A program made the position numbers and the translations under genes. Under the pieces are notes generated by a model. That model worked only from the letters and a program-made list of their open reading frames with translations. It had not been told where the DNA came from and searched no databases. From Alphaproteobacteria bacterium (GTDB taxonomy: Bacteria > Pseudomonadota > Alphaproteobacteria > Bin95), in NCBI GenBank assembly GCA_965205265.1, contig CBDBGH010000003.1:64001-128000 (forward strand): 64,000 nucleotides of DNA, given 5' to 3'. Of this stretch, positions 42,101-49,997 are shown piece after piece. Position 1 is the first letter of the stretch. Every line of letters begins with the position of its first letter.

Positions 42101-42528
42101 GCCTCTTCCAGCGATACCGCGCGGTCTATGCCCTCCAGAACGGGCACACCCGCCGCCCGCGCCGCCTTCCGTGCCTCGGCCTTGTCTCCGAAAAGGCGGA
42201 GATGATCGGGGTCCGGGCCGATGAAGCAAAGGCCGGCCTCGGCGCAGGCGTCTGCGAATTCCGCGCGCTCCGAAAGGAAGCCGTAGCCCGGGTGAACCGC
42301 GTCGTAGCCGCCGTCTTTCGCCGTCCGGACGATCCGTTCGATATCGAGATAGGCCGCAGGGCCCGTGCCGGAGAGCGGGTGCGCCTCGTCGGCCATGCGC
42401 GTGTGCAGGGAGGCGGCGTCGTCCTCGGAATAGACCGCGCCGGCGCGCAGGCCGAGGTCGGCGGCGGCGCGCGCGATGCGGATGGCGATCTCGCCCCGAT
42501 TGGCGATGAGGACGGCGGAAAGCGTCAT
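39133..42528 (-). CDS. Single-chain biotin-dependent acyl-CoA carboxylase (BC-BCCP-CT)
   Basis: LIANRGEIA, HPGYGFLSE, RECSVQRR, NARLQVEH; EAMKM biotin site; DYTVLAGTQG, RKAYG. Confidence 0.92.
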   Translation of the reverse strand: MTLSAVLIANRGEIAIRIARAAADLGLRAGAVYSEDDAASLHTRMADEAHPLSGTGPAAYLDIERIVRTAKDGGYDAVHPGYGFLSERAEFADACAEAGLCFIGPDPDHLRLFGDKAEARKAARAAGVPVLEGIDRAVSLEEAQAFFDTLGPGRAMMIKALAGGGGRGARAVFDASEVEPAWARCRSEAEAAFGCGDVYVEAFIPRARHIEVQVLGDRTGHAVHLGERECSVQRRYQKIVETAPAPGLDPDLRREMAEAAVRLARSVGYVNLGTFEFLVDAGERPEGTGFFFIEANARLQVEHTVTEAVTGVDLVETQFRLAGGAMLAELGLDDPAAVRPRGHAIQARINMETVAGDGSVRPEAGLIEAYEAPSGPGVRVDGFGYAGYRTSTAFDSLLAKVICHAPSSAFADAAARTRRALAEFRIEGVGTNIPFLLNVLAHEDFAAGRTHTRWVEESAAALAAPPEGLRPRFAPGAAPANGEDGFAGARVDSTDPLALFDHDRAVKAAEAGRNRPRPPEPEGLAGVASPIQGTIVSLLVAEGDRVLAGQPVAVVEAMKMEHEIRAGRAGIVRRVTMNEGDVVREGWPIAFIEPAEVEGDFAEGGREVDPDFIRPDLEEVVGRHAHTLDENRPEAVARRHGMGYRMPRENIDRLVDPGSFQEYWPLLTALQHQRYDIETLRRKYPADGVVAGTASVNGADFDDTRSRAVVVHYDYTVLAGTQGRRNHYKQDRMFELAQRFRLPVVLFSEGGGGRPGDDNTGPRVAFDTDTFTTFSRLSGLVPLVGINNGRCFAGNTALLACCDVIIATKSSTIAMGGPAMIEGGGLGVYTPEEVGPMEFQVPNGVVDILVEDEDEAVDVAKRYLSYFQGPIDRWEEGGDQRMLRHAVPENRVRLYDMREIVRTLADKDSVLELREKFGIGIITCLIRIEGRPMGVIANNPHHLAGAVDSDGADKGARFLQLCDAFDIPVLSLMDCPGIMVGPDQERTALVRHCTRLFNTGANLSVPMFGVIVRKAYGLGVQAMCGASALVSFCMVAWPTAEFAGMNIEGAVKLGFRPVLAALESAEERKAEFDRRVADAYERARAVNAAAGGGLDDVIDPAETRRWIANSLKRLPPAPPREGKKYAFIDTW

Positions 42529-42583
42529 GCGGCCTCCTTCGCGCTTGCCGAGCGCGCGCGGGATCGGGTCGTTCGGCGGACAC

Positions 42584-43000
42584 TCAGGGCGTGGGCGCGT
42601 AGGGGTCGTAGGAGCCGAAATTCCAGAGATGCCCCTCCGGGTCGAGCGCGCCGTAGAGCTGCCCGCCATAGGGCTGGTCCTCCGGCGCCATCACGACCTC
42701 CGCCCCGGCGGCCGCGGCGCGCGCATGGTGCGCGTCCACATCGGCCACGATCAGGTAAGGGCACTGCGTCTGCCGGCCGCCGACCTCGCCGGGCGAGACC
42801 ATGCGCGTGTCGTAGTCCCCGTCGCGCGCTTGGCCCAGCATGACCATGCCGTGGCCGAAGGTCAGCTGCGCATGCTCGATCGCGCCGTCCTCGCCCTCGA
42901 CCACGAGATGGCGTTCGAAGCCGAAGGCGCGGCAAAGCCAGTCCAGCGCCGCGCGGGAATCGCGATAGCGGAGCGTCGGAATTACGGTGGGCGTCGGCAT
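42584..43000 (-). CDS. VOC/glyoxalase-family protein
   Basis: LDWLCRAFGF, HAQL, DQPYG, DPEGHLW. Confidence 0.88.
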   Translation of the reverse strand: MPTPTVIPTLRYRDSRAALDWLCRAFGFERHLVVEGEDGAIEHAQLTFGHGMVMLGQARDGDYDTRMVSPGEVGGRQTQCPYLIVADVDAHHARAAAAGAEVVMAPEDQPYGGQLYGALDPEGHLWNFGSYDPYAPTP

Positions 43001-43080
43001 CGGGACCCCCTTCGTGAGCGGCCGGTCGCCGCCATTGGTCGCGCGCCTCCGCCCGCCGGTCAAGCCCGCCCGATAGAGGA

Positions 43081-43126
43081 TTTATTTCTCAAAAAAGCTT
43101 GCAATCCTCCCGTCGCGCGCTATATT
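43081..43126 (+). promoter_or_regulatory. sigma70-type promoter TTGCAA-N16-TATATT with upstream A/T tract
   Basis: TTTATTTCTCAAAAAAG UP-like tract; -35 at 43099, -10 at 43121; no credible sense gene downstream. Confidence 0.65.
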
Positions 43127-43257
43127 CCCTTCCCGGGTGCGGGTTGGAAGCGGGACCATGACTTGGACTTGAGCGGACGGGCGGTCGGGCCCCATGCAGC
43201 GAGAACCGGAAGCGTGAAAGCGCCGCGCGGCGGCAAACGGGGGAGTTGCGTGCGCGC

Positions 43258-43410
43258 GCCGGGGCGCCGGCGGAAATCATGCGGGCAGGTTTCACACGCC
43301 CGCCCCTTGTCCGGAGCCTGCGTCTCCGGCCGGGCGCGCCGGGGCGGCCCGGTCTGCGCCTGCCGGGGCGCCGGCGGAAATCATGCGGGCAGGTTTCACA
43401 TGCCCGCCCC
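43258..43410. repeat. Two 49-bp direct repeats (period 104 bp)
   Basis: GCCGGGGCGCCGGCGGAAATCATGCGGGCAGGTTTCACA(C/T)GCCCGCCCC at 43258-43306 and 43362-43410, one mismatch. Confidence 0.95.
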
Positions 43411-43792
43411 GACGGGGCCGTGCGAGCGGTTTCTTGCGGGGGCGGCCCTTCTTCAGCGTTACACCGTGGCGTTTCAGGAACCCCCGCATGGCGCGGTAGC
43501 CGAAGATCAGACCGCGCCGGGCCAGCACCGAGCGCAGCGCGGTGGCGGTCAAATCCGGATTTTTCGCGACGATGCCGAGGATCGCGTCGCGTTCGGCGTC
43601 GATGCGCCGGGGCGAGCGGTCGCCGCCCATCGGGCGGCGCTCCGGGCTGCCGTTCTCGCGTTCGAGCGCGCGCCAGTTCACGATGGTGTTCACGCTTATG
43701 CGGAACCGCGCCGCCGCCGCCCGGTAGGACAGCCCTTCAGCGACGGCTTCGAGCACGCGAACCCTGAGATCGTAGGAAAGGGGTTTCGCCAT
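43292..43792 (-). CDS. Stand-alone IS630-type HTH protein, no DDE domain
   Basis: MAKPLSYDLRVRVLEAVAEGLSYRAAAARFRISVNTIVNW...PMGGDRS...NPDLT...FLKRHGVTLKK; RBS GGGAGG. Confidence 0.85.
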   Translation of the reverse strand: MAKPLSYDLRVRVLEAVAEGLSYRAAAARFRISVNTIVNWRALERENGSPERRPMGGDRSPRRIDAERDAILGIVAKNPDLTATALRSVLARRGLIFGYRAMRGFLKRHGVTLKKGRPRKKPLARPRRGGHVKPARMISAGAPAGADRAAPARPAGDAGSGQGAGV

Positions 43793-43828
43793 ATCCGCCG
43801 GACCTCCCTTGCCGGCGGGGCCGGTTTG

Positions 43829-43843
43829 GAACAAAATAAGAAT
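43829..43843. promoter_or_regulatory. LexA-like box GAAC-N7-GAAT abutting a TACAAT -10 of the HTH gene
   Basis: GAAC-AAAATAA-GAAT, one mismatch to alphaproteobacterial GAAC-N7-GAAC, about 37 bp upstream of the ATG. Confidence 0.65.
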
Positions 43844-44235
43844 ATTGTAAAGGGCCGAACGCGCCGGCCGCGCAGATCCGGCAAAGCTGCCGCAGACTGC
43901 GCACCGACCTGCGGATCGGACGGAATGCCTCGCGGGCGAGGTCATGGCGATGCGCCGGGAGGAGCCTGCCCGGCCTGTGACGGTGGGAGCGGACATGGCC
44001 CATAATACGGCGGCGTTCGTCGGGACCCGCAAAGCCTTCGGCGCCTGGCCGGCAAGGCTTTCCGTCCGCAAGTCCGCACTGCTGCACCGAAATCCGCTGC
44101 CTCGTTCCCTCCGAAGAAATCCACCCGACCGATACGTTCGCGCCGACAGGCACCCATAGGAATCGCGACTTGCCGCGTTCTTCCGCAGCCTGCCAGGACG
44201 CTACAATCCGCGTCCGATGCACGGAGTTCTGAAAG

Positions 44236-44967
44236 ATGCTCGATCCCGCCCGGTACGACGCAATAACATTCGACTGCTATGGAACACTCATAGATTGGGA
44301 CACCGGCGTTGCGAACGCATTCGGCCCATGGGCTGTGAAGACCGGATTTGCCGGGTCCATCGCTAACCTGGTTGAGCGTTTCGCCCGCCATCAAAGAGAG
44401 AGGCAAATTGTTCGACCGGCGCTCAACTATCGGGATGTGATACTTCAGGCTTTCGAGGGCGCTGCCGGCGATCTGGGGGGCTTCGTGTCCGACGAGGACC
44501 TGGCGGCGTTCAGCCGGAGTGTGGGCACCTGGCCCTGTTTCCCCGACACAATCGACGCACTTCGGAACCTGAAAGCCAGGGGATTCCACCTCGGGATCGT
44601 GTCGAATGTGGACAACGCCTCCTTTGAGGATACGCACAAGCGGTTGGGGGGGATGATCGACACCGTGGTGACCGCGGAGACGGTTGGCGCCTACAAGCCT
44701 GACTTGAAGATGTTCGAGGCGCTCTTTTCAGCCCTTGCCGCGCGCGGGATCGCGCGAAAAAGGATTCTTCATGTCGCCCAAAGCCGCTTCCACGACGTTG
44801 CGCCCGGCAATGAACTCGGCCTGAATGTTGTCTGGATCGACCGCCGGCATGGCCGACCCGGCAAAGGTGTCACGATCCCGTCGGACGCCAGGCCGCTGAT
44901 AAGGTTCGATAGTCTTGAGACGATGGTTGACAGCCTGAACCGTAACTCGCGCACGCTTAATGTTTGA
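44236..44967 (+). CDS. HAD-superfamily hydrolase (haloacid dehalogenase type II-like)
   Basis: FDCYGTLIDW, VSNVD, YKP, HVAQSRFHD. Confidence 0.9.
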   Translation: MLDPARYDAITFDCYGTLIDWDTGVANAFGPWAVKTGFAGSIANLVERFARHQRERQIVRPALNYRDVILQAFEGAAGDLGGFVSDEDLAAFSRSVGTWPCFPDTIDALRNLKARGFHLGIVSNVDNASFEDTHKRLGGMIDTVVTAETVGAYKPDLKMFEALFSALAARGIARKRILHVAQSRFHDVAPGNELGLNVVWIDRRHGRPGKGVTIPSDARPLIRFDSLETMVDSLNRNSRTLNV

Positions 44968-45075
44968 CCGTATGCGGTGCGGGCACCCCACCTTCATCCG
45001 GGCCTGGCGATGTGGGGGTTAGAGCACGATCCGATCCGTATGGATCGAATGTTTGTCGACGGGTAGCCGCGGACC

Positions 45076-45479
45076 TTGAAGACTACAAGACCGGCCCCGC
45101 GCGCGGTGTCGCTCGGCAAGGCGGCGCAGGGGCTGATCGAGACCCTGCCCGGTACCCGCAAGAAGGACGTTCCTGTTTCCGCGTCATGCGGAGAAACGCG
45201 GAACGGGGAGCTTCGACGGCTGGCGGCGCGCGGTCTGCGAGGATGCCCGGCTCGGCAGGCTCCGCCTGCATGACCTTCAGCACACGGCAGCCAGCCAGGC
45301 CGTTGCGGCAGGCGAGAATCTGCCGCTGGTGGCTGCCCGGCCACCGACGGCACCGGATGACAGCGGGCTACGCCCACCTTGCCGACGGATACCTTGTCGA
45401 AGCGGCGGAGAAGGTCGGAGCAATCATCGCTGCCGCGATGGCGAGTCAACGCCCACGACCGATAACGCATCGGCAATAG
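45076..45479 (+). pseudogene. Tyrosine integrase C-terminal relic
   Basis: Frameshifted pieces: YKTGP.RAVSLGKAAQGLIETLPG; RLHDLQHTAASQAVAAGENLPLV; GHRRHRMTAGYAHLADGYLVEAAEKVG. Confidence 0.85.
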
Positions 45480-45521
45480 CACCGCAGCGCTCCGGGCCGC
45501 AGAGCACATCGAAGGCGCGCA

Positions 45522-46163
45522 TCAATCCGGGGCGAGCGTGTCGCCCGTGTAAAAGGCCGCCGTCCGCTGCGCCGCTGCGCGCGCAATGTCGGGGTCCGTT
45601 CCCGCTGCCTCGGCCGCCCGGCCCCACGCTGCGCTGCTTCCGACGATGAGCGCCCTTCCGTCACGAGTCGTGTGGAACGTTGCCGCGTCCAGCTTGGGTT
45701 CGTTCGGCCGCGCAAGATGCAGTTCCATCCCCAGCAGGCCCATCTCCCAACCTACGCCAACGGCGCCGGGACCGAACTCGTGCCAGTGGTCGGACACCAG
45801 CGCGGTATGTGTAATCGCAAGGCGCGAGCGGCCGGTACCGTCGCTGCACAGACGCGCCTCCACCCAGCTCACGTCACCGCCGAACTCCCACGTCAGCCCG
45901 AGATGCGAGGGAGGCTCGCAATGCCCGATCGTGCCGCCTGCGTTTCCCTCCAGCTGGTAGCGCCCGCCGGGTTCCAGGCGGCCGCTGACCGGCAGGAACC
46001 AGCGCGGGATTCGTTCCGCGCTCGTCACGGCGTCCCAGAGGTCCTCCACTGTCGTCACGTAGCTGCGGGCGAGGGTGACCGCGCGCGCGGCCTGTCCGTC
46101 GCGCTCCAGGGACGACACTGTGCGCTCCACGGCGCCGAGAAGGCGTTCGACATCCAGATCCAT
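45522..46163 (-). CDS. SRPBCC/AHSA1-domain protein
   Basis: LWDAVTSAERIPRWF, CEPP, TWEFGG, GVGWEMGL. Confidence 0.85.
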   Translation of the reverse strand: MDLDVERLLGAVERTVSSLERDGQAARAVTLARSYVTTVEDLWDAVTSAERIPRWFLPVSGRLEPGGRYQLEGNAGGTIGHCEPPSHLGLTWEFGGDVSWVEARLCSDGTGRSRLAITHTALVSDHWHEFGPGAVGVGWEMGLLGMELHLARPNEPKLDAATFHTTRDGRALIVGSSAAWGRAAEAAGTDPDIARAAAQRTAAFYTGDTLAPD

Positions 46164-46262
46164 CGCTTCTCCGTTTCGTCAGGCAGGCGGCTATCCAAAT
46201 GCCACTGTGTAAAGCAAATCGAGCCGCGTGGACGAGCACGAGCGCCGACAGGGGGCCCGGCG

Positions 46263-47048
46263 CTACATGCCTTCGCGGACCACGGGGTTGGAGAGGGTGC
46301 CGAGGCCGGTGATCTCGATTTCGCAGAGGTCGCCATGCGCCATGTTCGGCCCGGCGCCCTCCGTTCCCATCCAGACCACGTCGCCCGGCACGAGCGTCAG
46401 ATAGCGGGACATGCGGGCGATGAAGGTCTCGACGGAGAAGATCATCGAATCGGTGGCGAAGCGGATCGTCTCCTCACCGTTCAGGCGCACGACGGTTTCC
46501 GTGCCGGCAGGGTCGAATTCGGTGTCGATCCAGGGGCCCATCGGCGCGAAGCTGTCTGTGTTCTTAGCCCGCCAGAGGGTGCGGTCATGCGCCTGCCAGT
46601 GGCGCTCGGAGACATCGTTGCCGATGGTGTAGCCGAGCAGGTGGCCGCGCACCTCGTCCTCGCGGATATGGCGCGCCGTCCGCCCGATCACCGCCACCAG
46701 CTCCGCCTCGTATTGCACGCGCCCGGTTGCGTCCGCCGGGATCACGATGGGGCATTTGTGGCCGGTGAGCGCGTTGACGGCGCGGTAGCCGATATCCGCG
46801 CTTTCCGGCAGGGAGGGAACCTCGCCGCGCTTGTTCGCGGCCGCCACGGCGTGCTCGGGATAGTTGAGGCCGGCTGCGTAGAAGGTGGGAGGCACGACCG
46901 GCGGCAGGAAGGCGGCGGTTTCCAGCGGGATACGATCCCCGGTCGGCGCATGGTCGCCGAAGGGGGAACCCCTGACTGTCGCGATGCTGTCGCCCTCGAC
47001 AACGCCGTAGCAGGGGCCGTCCGCCGTTTCGATCCGCGCCCAGCGCAT
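46263..47048 (-). CDS. Fumarylacetoacetate hydrolase-family protein
   Basis: GLNYPEH, YEAEL, GNDVSER, AKNTDSFAPMGP, PGDVVWMGT. Confidence 0.9.
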   Translation of the reverse strand: MRWARIETADGPCYGVVEGDSIATVRGSPFGDHAPTGDRIPLETAAFLPPVVPPTFYAAGLNYPEHAVAAANKRGEVPSLPESADIGYRAVNALTGHKCPIVIPADATGRVQYEAELVAVIGRTARHIREDEVRGHLLGYTIGNDVSERHWQAHDRTLWRAKNTDSFAPMGPWIDTEFDPAGTETVVRLNGEETIRFATDSMIFSVETFIARMSRYLTLVPGDVVWMGTEGAGPNMAHGDLCEIEITGLGTLSNPVVREGM

Positions 47049-47184
47049 GGCGCATCCTCCAATTTCCAGGTCGGGCCATTCGTGGCCTGCCCCCAACCGC
47101 CGGTCAAGTCCGCGCTGTGTCCCCGAGGGGCGGCAGCCTGCATAATGGCGGTTCCATCGCTCGCAGGGGAAAGGGCAGAGGCAC

Positions 47185-48777
47185 ATGGTCGATCTCGCGC
47201 ATCTCACGCTTGCCGGGGCCTCGCGGGCCATTGCGGCGGGGCAGTTGTCCTCGGTCGAATTGGTAGAGGCGACGCTCGCGCGCATCGAGGCCTATGACGC
47301 GCGTCTCGACAGCCATGTGACGGTGATGGCGGAGAGCGCGCTGGCGGACGCCGGGGCGGCGGATGCCGAGATTGCGGCGGGGCGCCGCCGGGGGCCGCTG
47401 CACGGCGTCACCGTCGCGCTCAAGGACATCTACGACACCGCCGGCGTGCTGACCGCCGGCGGCTCGAAGACGCAGCAGGACCGCGTGCCGGCCGAAGACG
47501 CCGAGACGGTGCGCCGGCTGAAGGCGGCGGGCGCCGTCATCACCGGCAAGCTCGCCACGCACGAGTTCGCGCATGGCGGCCCGAGTTTCGACCTGCCCTG
47601 GCCGCCCGCCCGGAACCCTTGGAACACCGACCATTTCTCCGGCGGCTCGTCCAGCGGCTCCGGCGTTGCGGTAGCGGCGGGTCTTTGCCTGGGCGCGCTC
47701 GGCACCGACACCGGCGGCTCCATAAGGGGACCGGCCGCGCTGTCCGGCGTCGCCGGGCTGATGCCGAGCTACGGGCTGGTCAGCCGGCGCGGCGTCATCC
47801 CCAACTCCTTCACCTTCGACCATTGCGGGCCGCTCGCCTGGACGGCGGAGGACTGCGCGCTGCTGCTCGATGCGCTGGCCGGCCACGACCCGGAGGACCC
47901 GCGCTCCTCGACCCGCCCGCAGCAGCCCGCGCCGCCTTCGATGGCGGGGCTGCGCATCGGCCTGCTGCGGCACTACTGGGAGGAGGACCTGAAATGCGCA
48001 CCGGAAATGGTCGCCGCCTGCGAGCACATGGCGGCGGTTTTCCGCAGCCTCGGCGCAAGCGTGGAGACGGCGCGCATGCCGCCGGTGCAGGACTGGTACG
48101 ACGTCAAGATCACGATTGCCGAGAGCGAGCTGTTCAACGTCCACCGGCGCGACCTCCAGAGGCGCCCGCGCGACTTCGGACAGGACTTCCTCTCCCGCGC
48201 GCTCGGCGCCGTCTGCTACACCTCGCAGGACTACATCGCCGCGCACCGGCGCTGGCGGCAGCTACGGCGCGCGATGGAGCCGGTCTATGAGCGCTTCGAT
48301 ATATTGATCGCGCCCTCGGCGACAGGCCCCGCGCCGCGCCTCGACGCGCACGACACCGCGAATTTCTGGCTCTATCCCAGCATCACCACGCCCTTCGACG
48401 TGACCGGCGGGCCCGCGCTGACGGTGACGGCAGGCTACTCGGAGGGCGGCCTGCCGCTCGGCGTGCAGATCGCCGCCGCGCCCTTCCACGACCGGACCGT
48501 GCTGGCGGCGGGCCAGGCCTTCGAGGCAGCGACCGAATGGCGGAGCCGCCGCCCGGCGCTGGAGGCCGGCCCGCCGCCGGAGCGCGAGGCGGTCTCCCTG
48601 CCGGCGCCGGTCCTGCCCCCGGAAGGCAAGCTGTTGGACGAGGTGCGGATGCTCGCCGCCGCCGCCGGCCTGCCGGACGACGATTATGTGCTTGCCCTGA
48701 TCGCCGAAGGCGCCCCCCATGCCCGCGCCATGGGCAAGCGGCTGGACAGGGACTACGGCTACGGCGACGAGATTTGA
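47185..48777 (+). CDS. Amidase-signature enzyme with C-terminal extension
   Basis: ALKDIY, GGSSSGS, GTDTGGSIR, DHCGPL, GLPLGVQ. Confidence 0.92.
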   Translation: MVDLAHLTLAGASRAIAAGQLSSVELVEATLARIEAYDARLDSHVTVMAESALADAGAADAEIAAGRRRGPLHGVTVALKDIYDTAGVLTAGGSKTQQDRVPAEDAETVRRLKAAGAVITGKLATHEFAHGGPSFDLPWPPARNPWNTDHFSGGSSSGSGVAVAAGLCLGALGTDTGGSIRGPAALSGVAGLMPSYGLVSRRGVIPNSFTFDHCGPLAWTAEDCALLLDALAGHDPEDPRSSTRPQQPAPPSMAGLRIGLLRHYWEEDLKCAPEMVAACEHMAAVFRSLGASVETARMPPVQDWYDVKITIAESELFNVHRRDLQRRPRDFGQDFLSRALGAVCYTSQDYIAAHRRWRQLRRAMEPVYERFDILIAPSATGPAPRLDAHDTANFWLYPSITTPFDVTGGPALTVTAGYSEGGLPLGVQIAAAPFHDRTVLAAGQAFEAATEWRSRRPALEAGPPPEREAVSLPAPVLPPEGKLLDEVRMLAAAAGLPDDDYVLALIAEGAPHARAMGKRLDRDYGYGDEI

Positions 48778-48968
48778 CGGCGGCGGGACGCTTCGCGCCA
48801 GATGCCGGCGGAGTCATTGTATTCCCCGGCGTCGATGGCGGTCTGTATTGGATCATCGCCATCGAAGAGGTCTTCCGGCAGGTTCAGATGCCCGAGCGGA
48901 GCCGACTCCCGGTCCCCTGCCTCGGTCGCCGAAACCATGCGGGGTTGGAGTTCTTGCCCTTTGGCCAT
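48759..48968 (-). CDS. Small hypothetical protein (possible antitoxin remnant)
   Basis: SD-like GGAGAAGGA before ATG; acidic PLGHLNLPEDLFD segment. Confidence 0.3.
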   Translation of the reverse strand: MAKGQELQPRMVSATEAGDRESAPLGHLNLPEDLFDGDDPIQTAIDAGEYNDSAGIWREASRRRQISSP

Positions 48969-49080
48969 AACGATTCCTTCTCCTGCTTTGGCCCACCCGG
49001 ACCGGCCCGGCGACTTCCGGGCCAACTTACACCACATCTATGTCGGTCGGTGCCAGGTGGAGCGAGCAGTCAAAGACTCC

Positions 49081-49098
49081 AGTTGTCTAGTGACAACT
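49081..49098. promoter_or_regulatory. Operator-like palindrome AGTTGTC-TAGT-GACAACT
   Basis: Perfect 7-bp arms just upstream of the two-gene module. Confidence 0.7.
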
Positions 49099-49120
49099 TT
49101 TATTGCAAGGCTTATATGGA

Positions 49121-49387
49121 ATGAGAGCCCGACACCCGAACAAGGACATCGAAGCAGCACTCTCGCAATTGGAAGCCGCCGGTTGGACAGTGCAGAATGC
49201 CAAGGGCCGTAGTTCGCATGCTTGGGGCTTTGCACTCTGCCCGGCGAATGCCGGGAACCTCTGCCGGTCCGGAGAGTTTTGCCGCATGTCTGTCTGGAGC
49301 ACGCCGAGAAACCCGAGAGCCCATGCCAGAGGTTTGGTTTCGAAGGCCGCCGGCTGCGTATTGAGGGAAGGCGGAGACGATGTCTGA
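49121..49387 (+). CDS. Small Cys-rich HicA-like putative toxin
   Basis: HPNKDIEAAL...GW...SSHAWG...CP...C..GEFC..SVWSTPRNP..HA; overlaps next gene. Confidence 0.6.
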   Translation: MRARHPNKDIEAALSQLEAAGWTVQNAKGRSSHAWGFALCPANAGNLCRSGEFCRMSVWSTPRNPRAHARGLVSKAAGCVLREGGDDV

Positions 49388-49922
49388 AAGGGAATTCGAG
49401 TTCGACCTGATTTTTGCGCTCCCTGTGGGTGGGCTGGACGAAGGCGCGATTCTCGACGCGCTTCACGAAGCCGGATGCGACGATGCGGTAGTTGGCGTTG
49501 GCAGACCGGGTTCAATCGGTCTGGCGTTCATCCGGGCCGGACGGGACCCTGAGGCCGTTATCGTCGAAGCGGTCGGGCAGGCCGCGGCCGCGCTTCCCGA
49601 GGGGGCCGAGCTTCGGGAGGTCCGGCCTGATCTGGTGAGTCTTGCGGATGTTGCGGCCCGGTTGCAGGTGACGCGGCAGGCGCTGCAAAAGCGGCCCATG
49701 CCGCCTCCTTCCCTCGGCGGGCTGTACCGGGCCTCGGAAATGCCTGAACGGCTGCTCGCAGGCCGAAGCAAATTGAGGGACCGTTACCTTGCGTCGCGGG
49801 CATGGTTCGACGCCGCGCCGGGCGCGCAGCGGGTAAATGCGAAGCTTGGCCTTGGGGAGTTCATCCATCGGCCCAAACCCACAGAGACGGATGCAAGGCG
49901 CGTTGGTAGCGCTTCCACCTGA
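49380..49922 (+). CDS. Putative antitoxin / DNA-binding protein with C-terminal HTH
   Basis: EAGCDDA.VG N-domain; PDLVSLADVAARLQVTRQAL HTH. Confidence 0.7.
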   Translation: MSEREFEFDLIFALPVGGLDEGAILDALHEAGCDDAVVGVGRPGSIGLAFIRAGRDPEAVIVEAVGQAAAALPEGAELREVRPDLVSLADVAARLQVTRQALQKRPMPPPSLGGLYRASEMPERLLAGRSKLRDRYLASRAWFDAAPGAQRVNAKLGLGEFIHRPKPTETDARRVGSAST

Positions 49923-49997
49923 GAACGCTGCGTCCGTGGCCCGCCCGCGGGGCTGGGGCTACTCTTGCAACGACGAAGCCGGACGGGAGCACGGGCC

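Noticed and set aside
39052-42843. 1263-aa plus-strand ORF, and similar long ORFs at 15280-18120, 58600-61467 and 9024-10994
   Set aside because: Antisense shadows of well-supported genes, expected in high-GC DNA; no motifs
43258-43410. CRISPR array
   Set aside because: Only two 49-bp repeats with a 55-bp spacer and no cas genes in the window
43089-43792. Complete IS630 with programmed frameshift
   Set aside because: No A-run slippery site, no DDE frame, and no IRs or TA duplication seen
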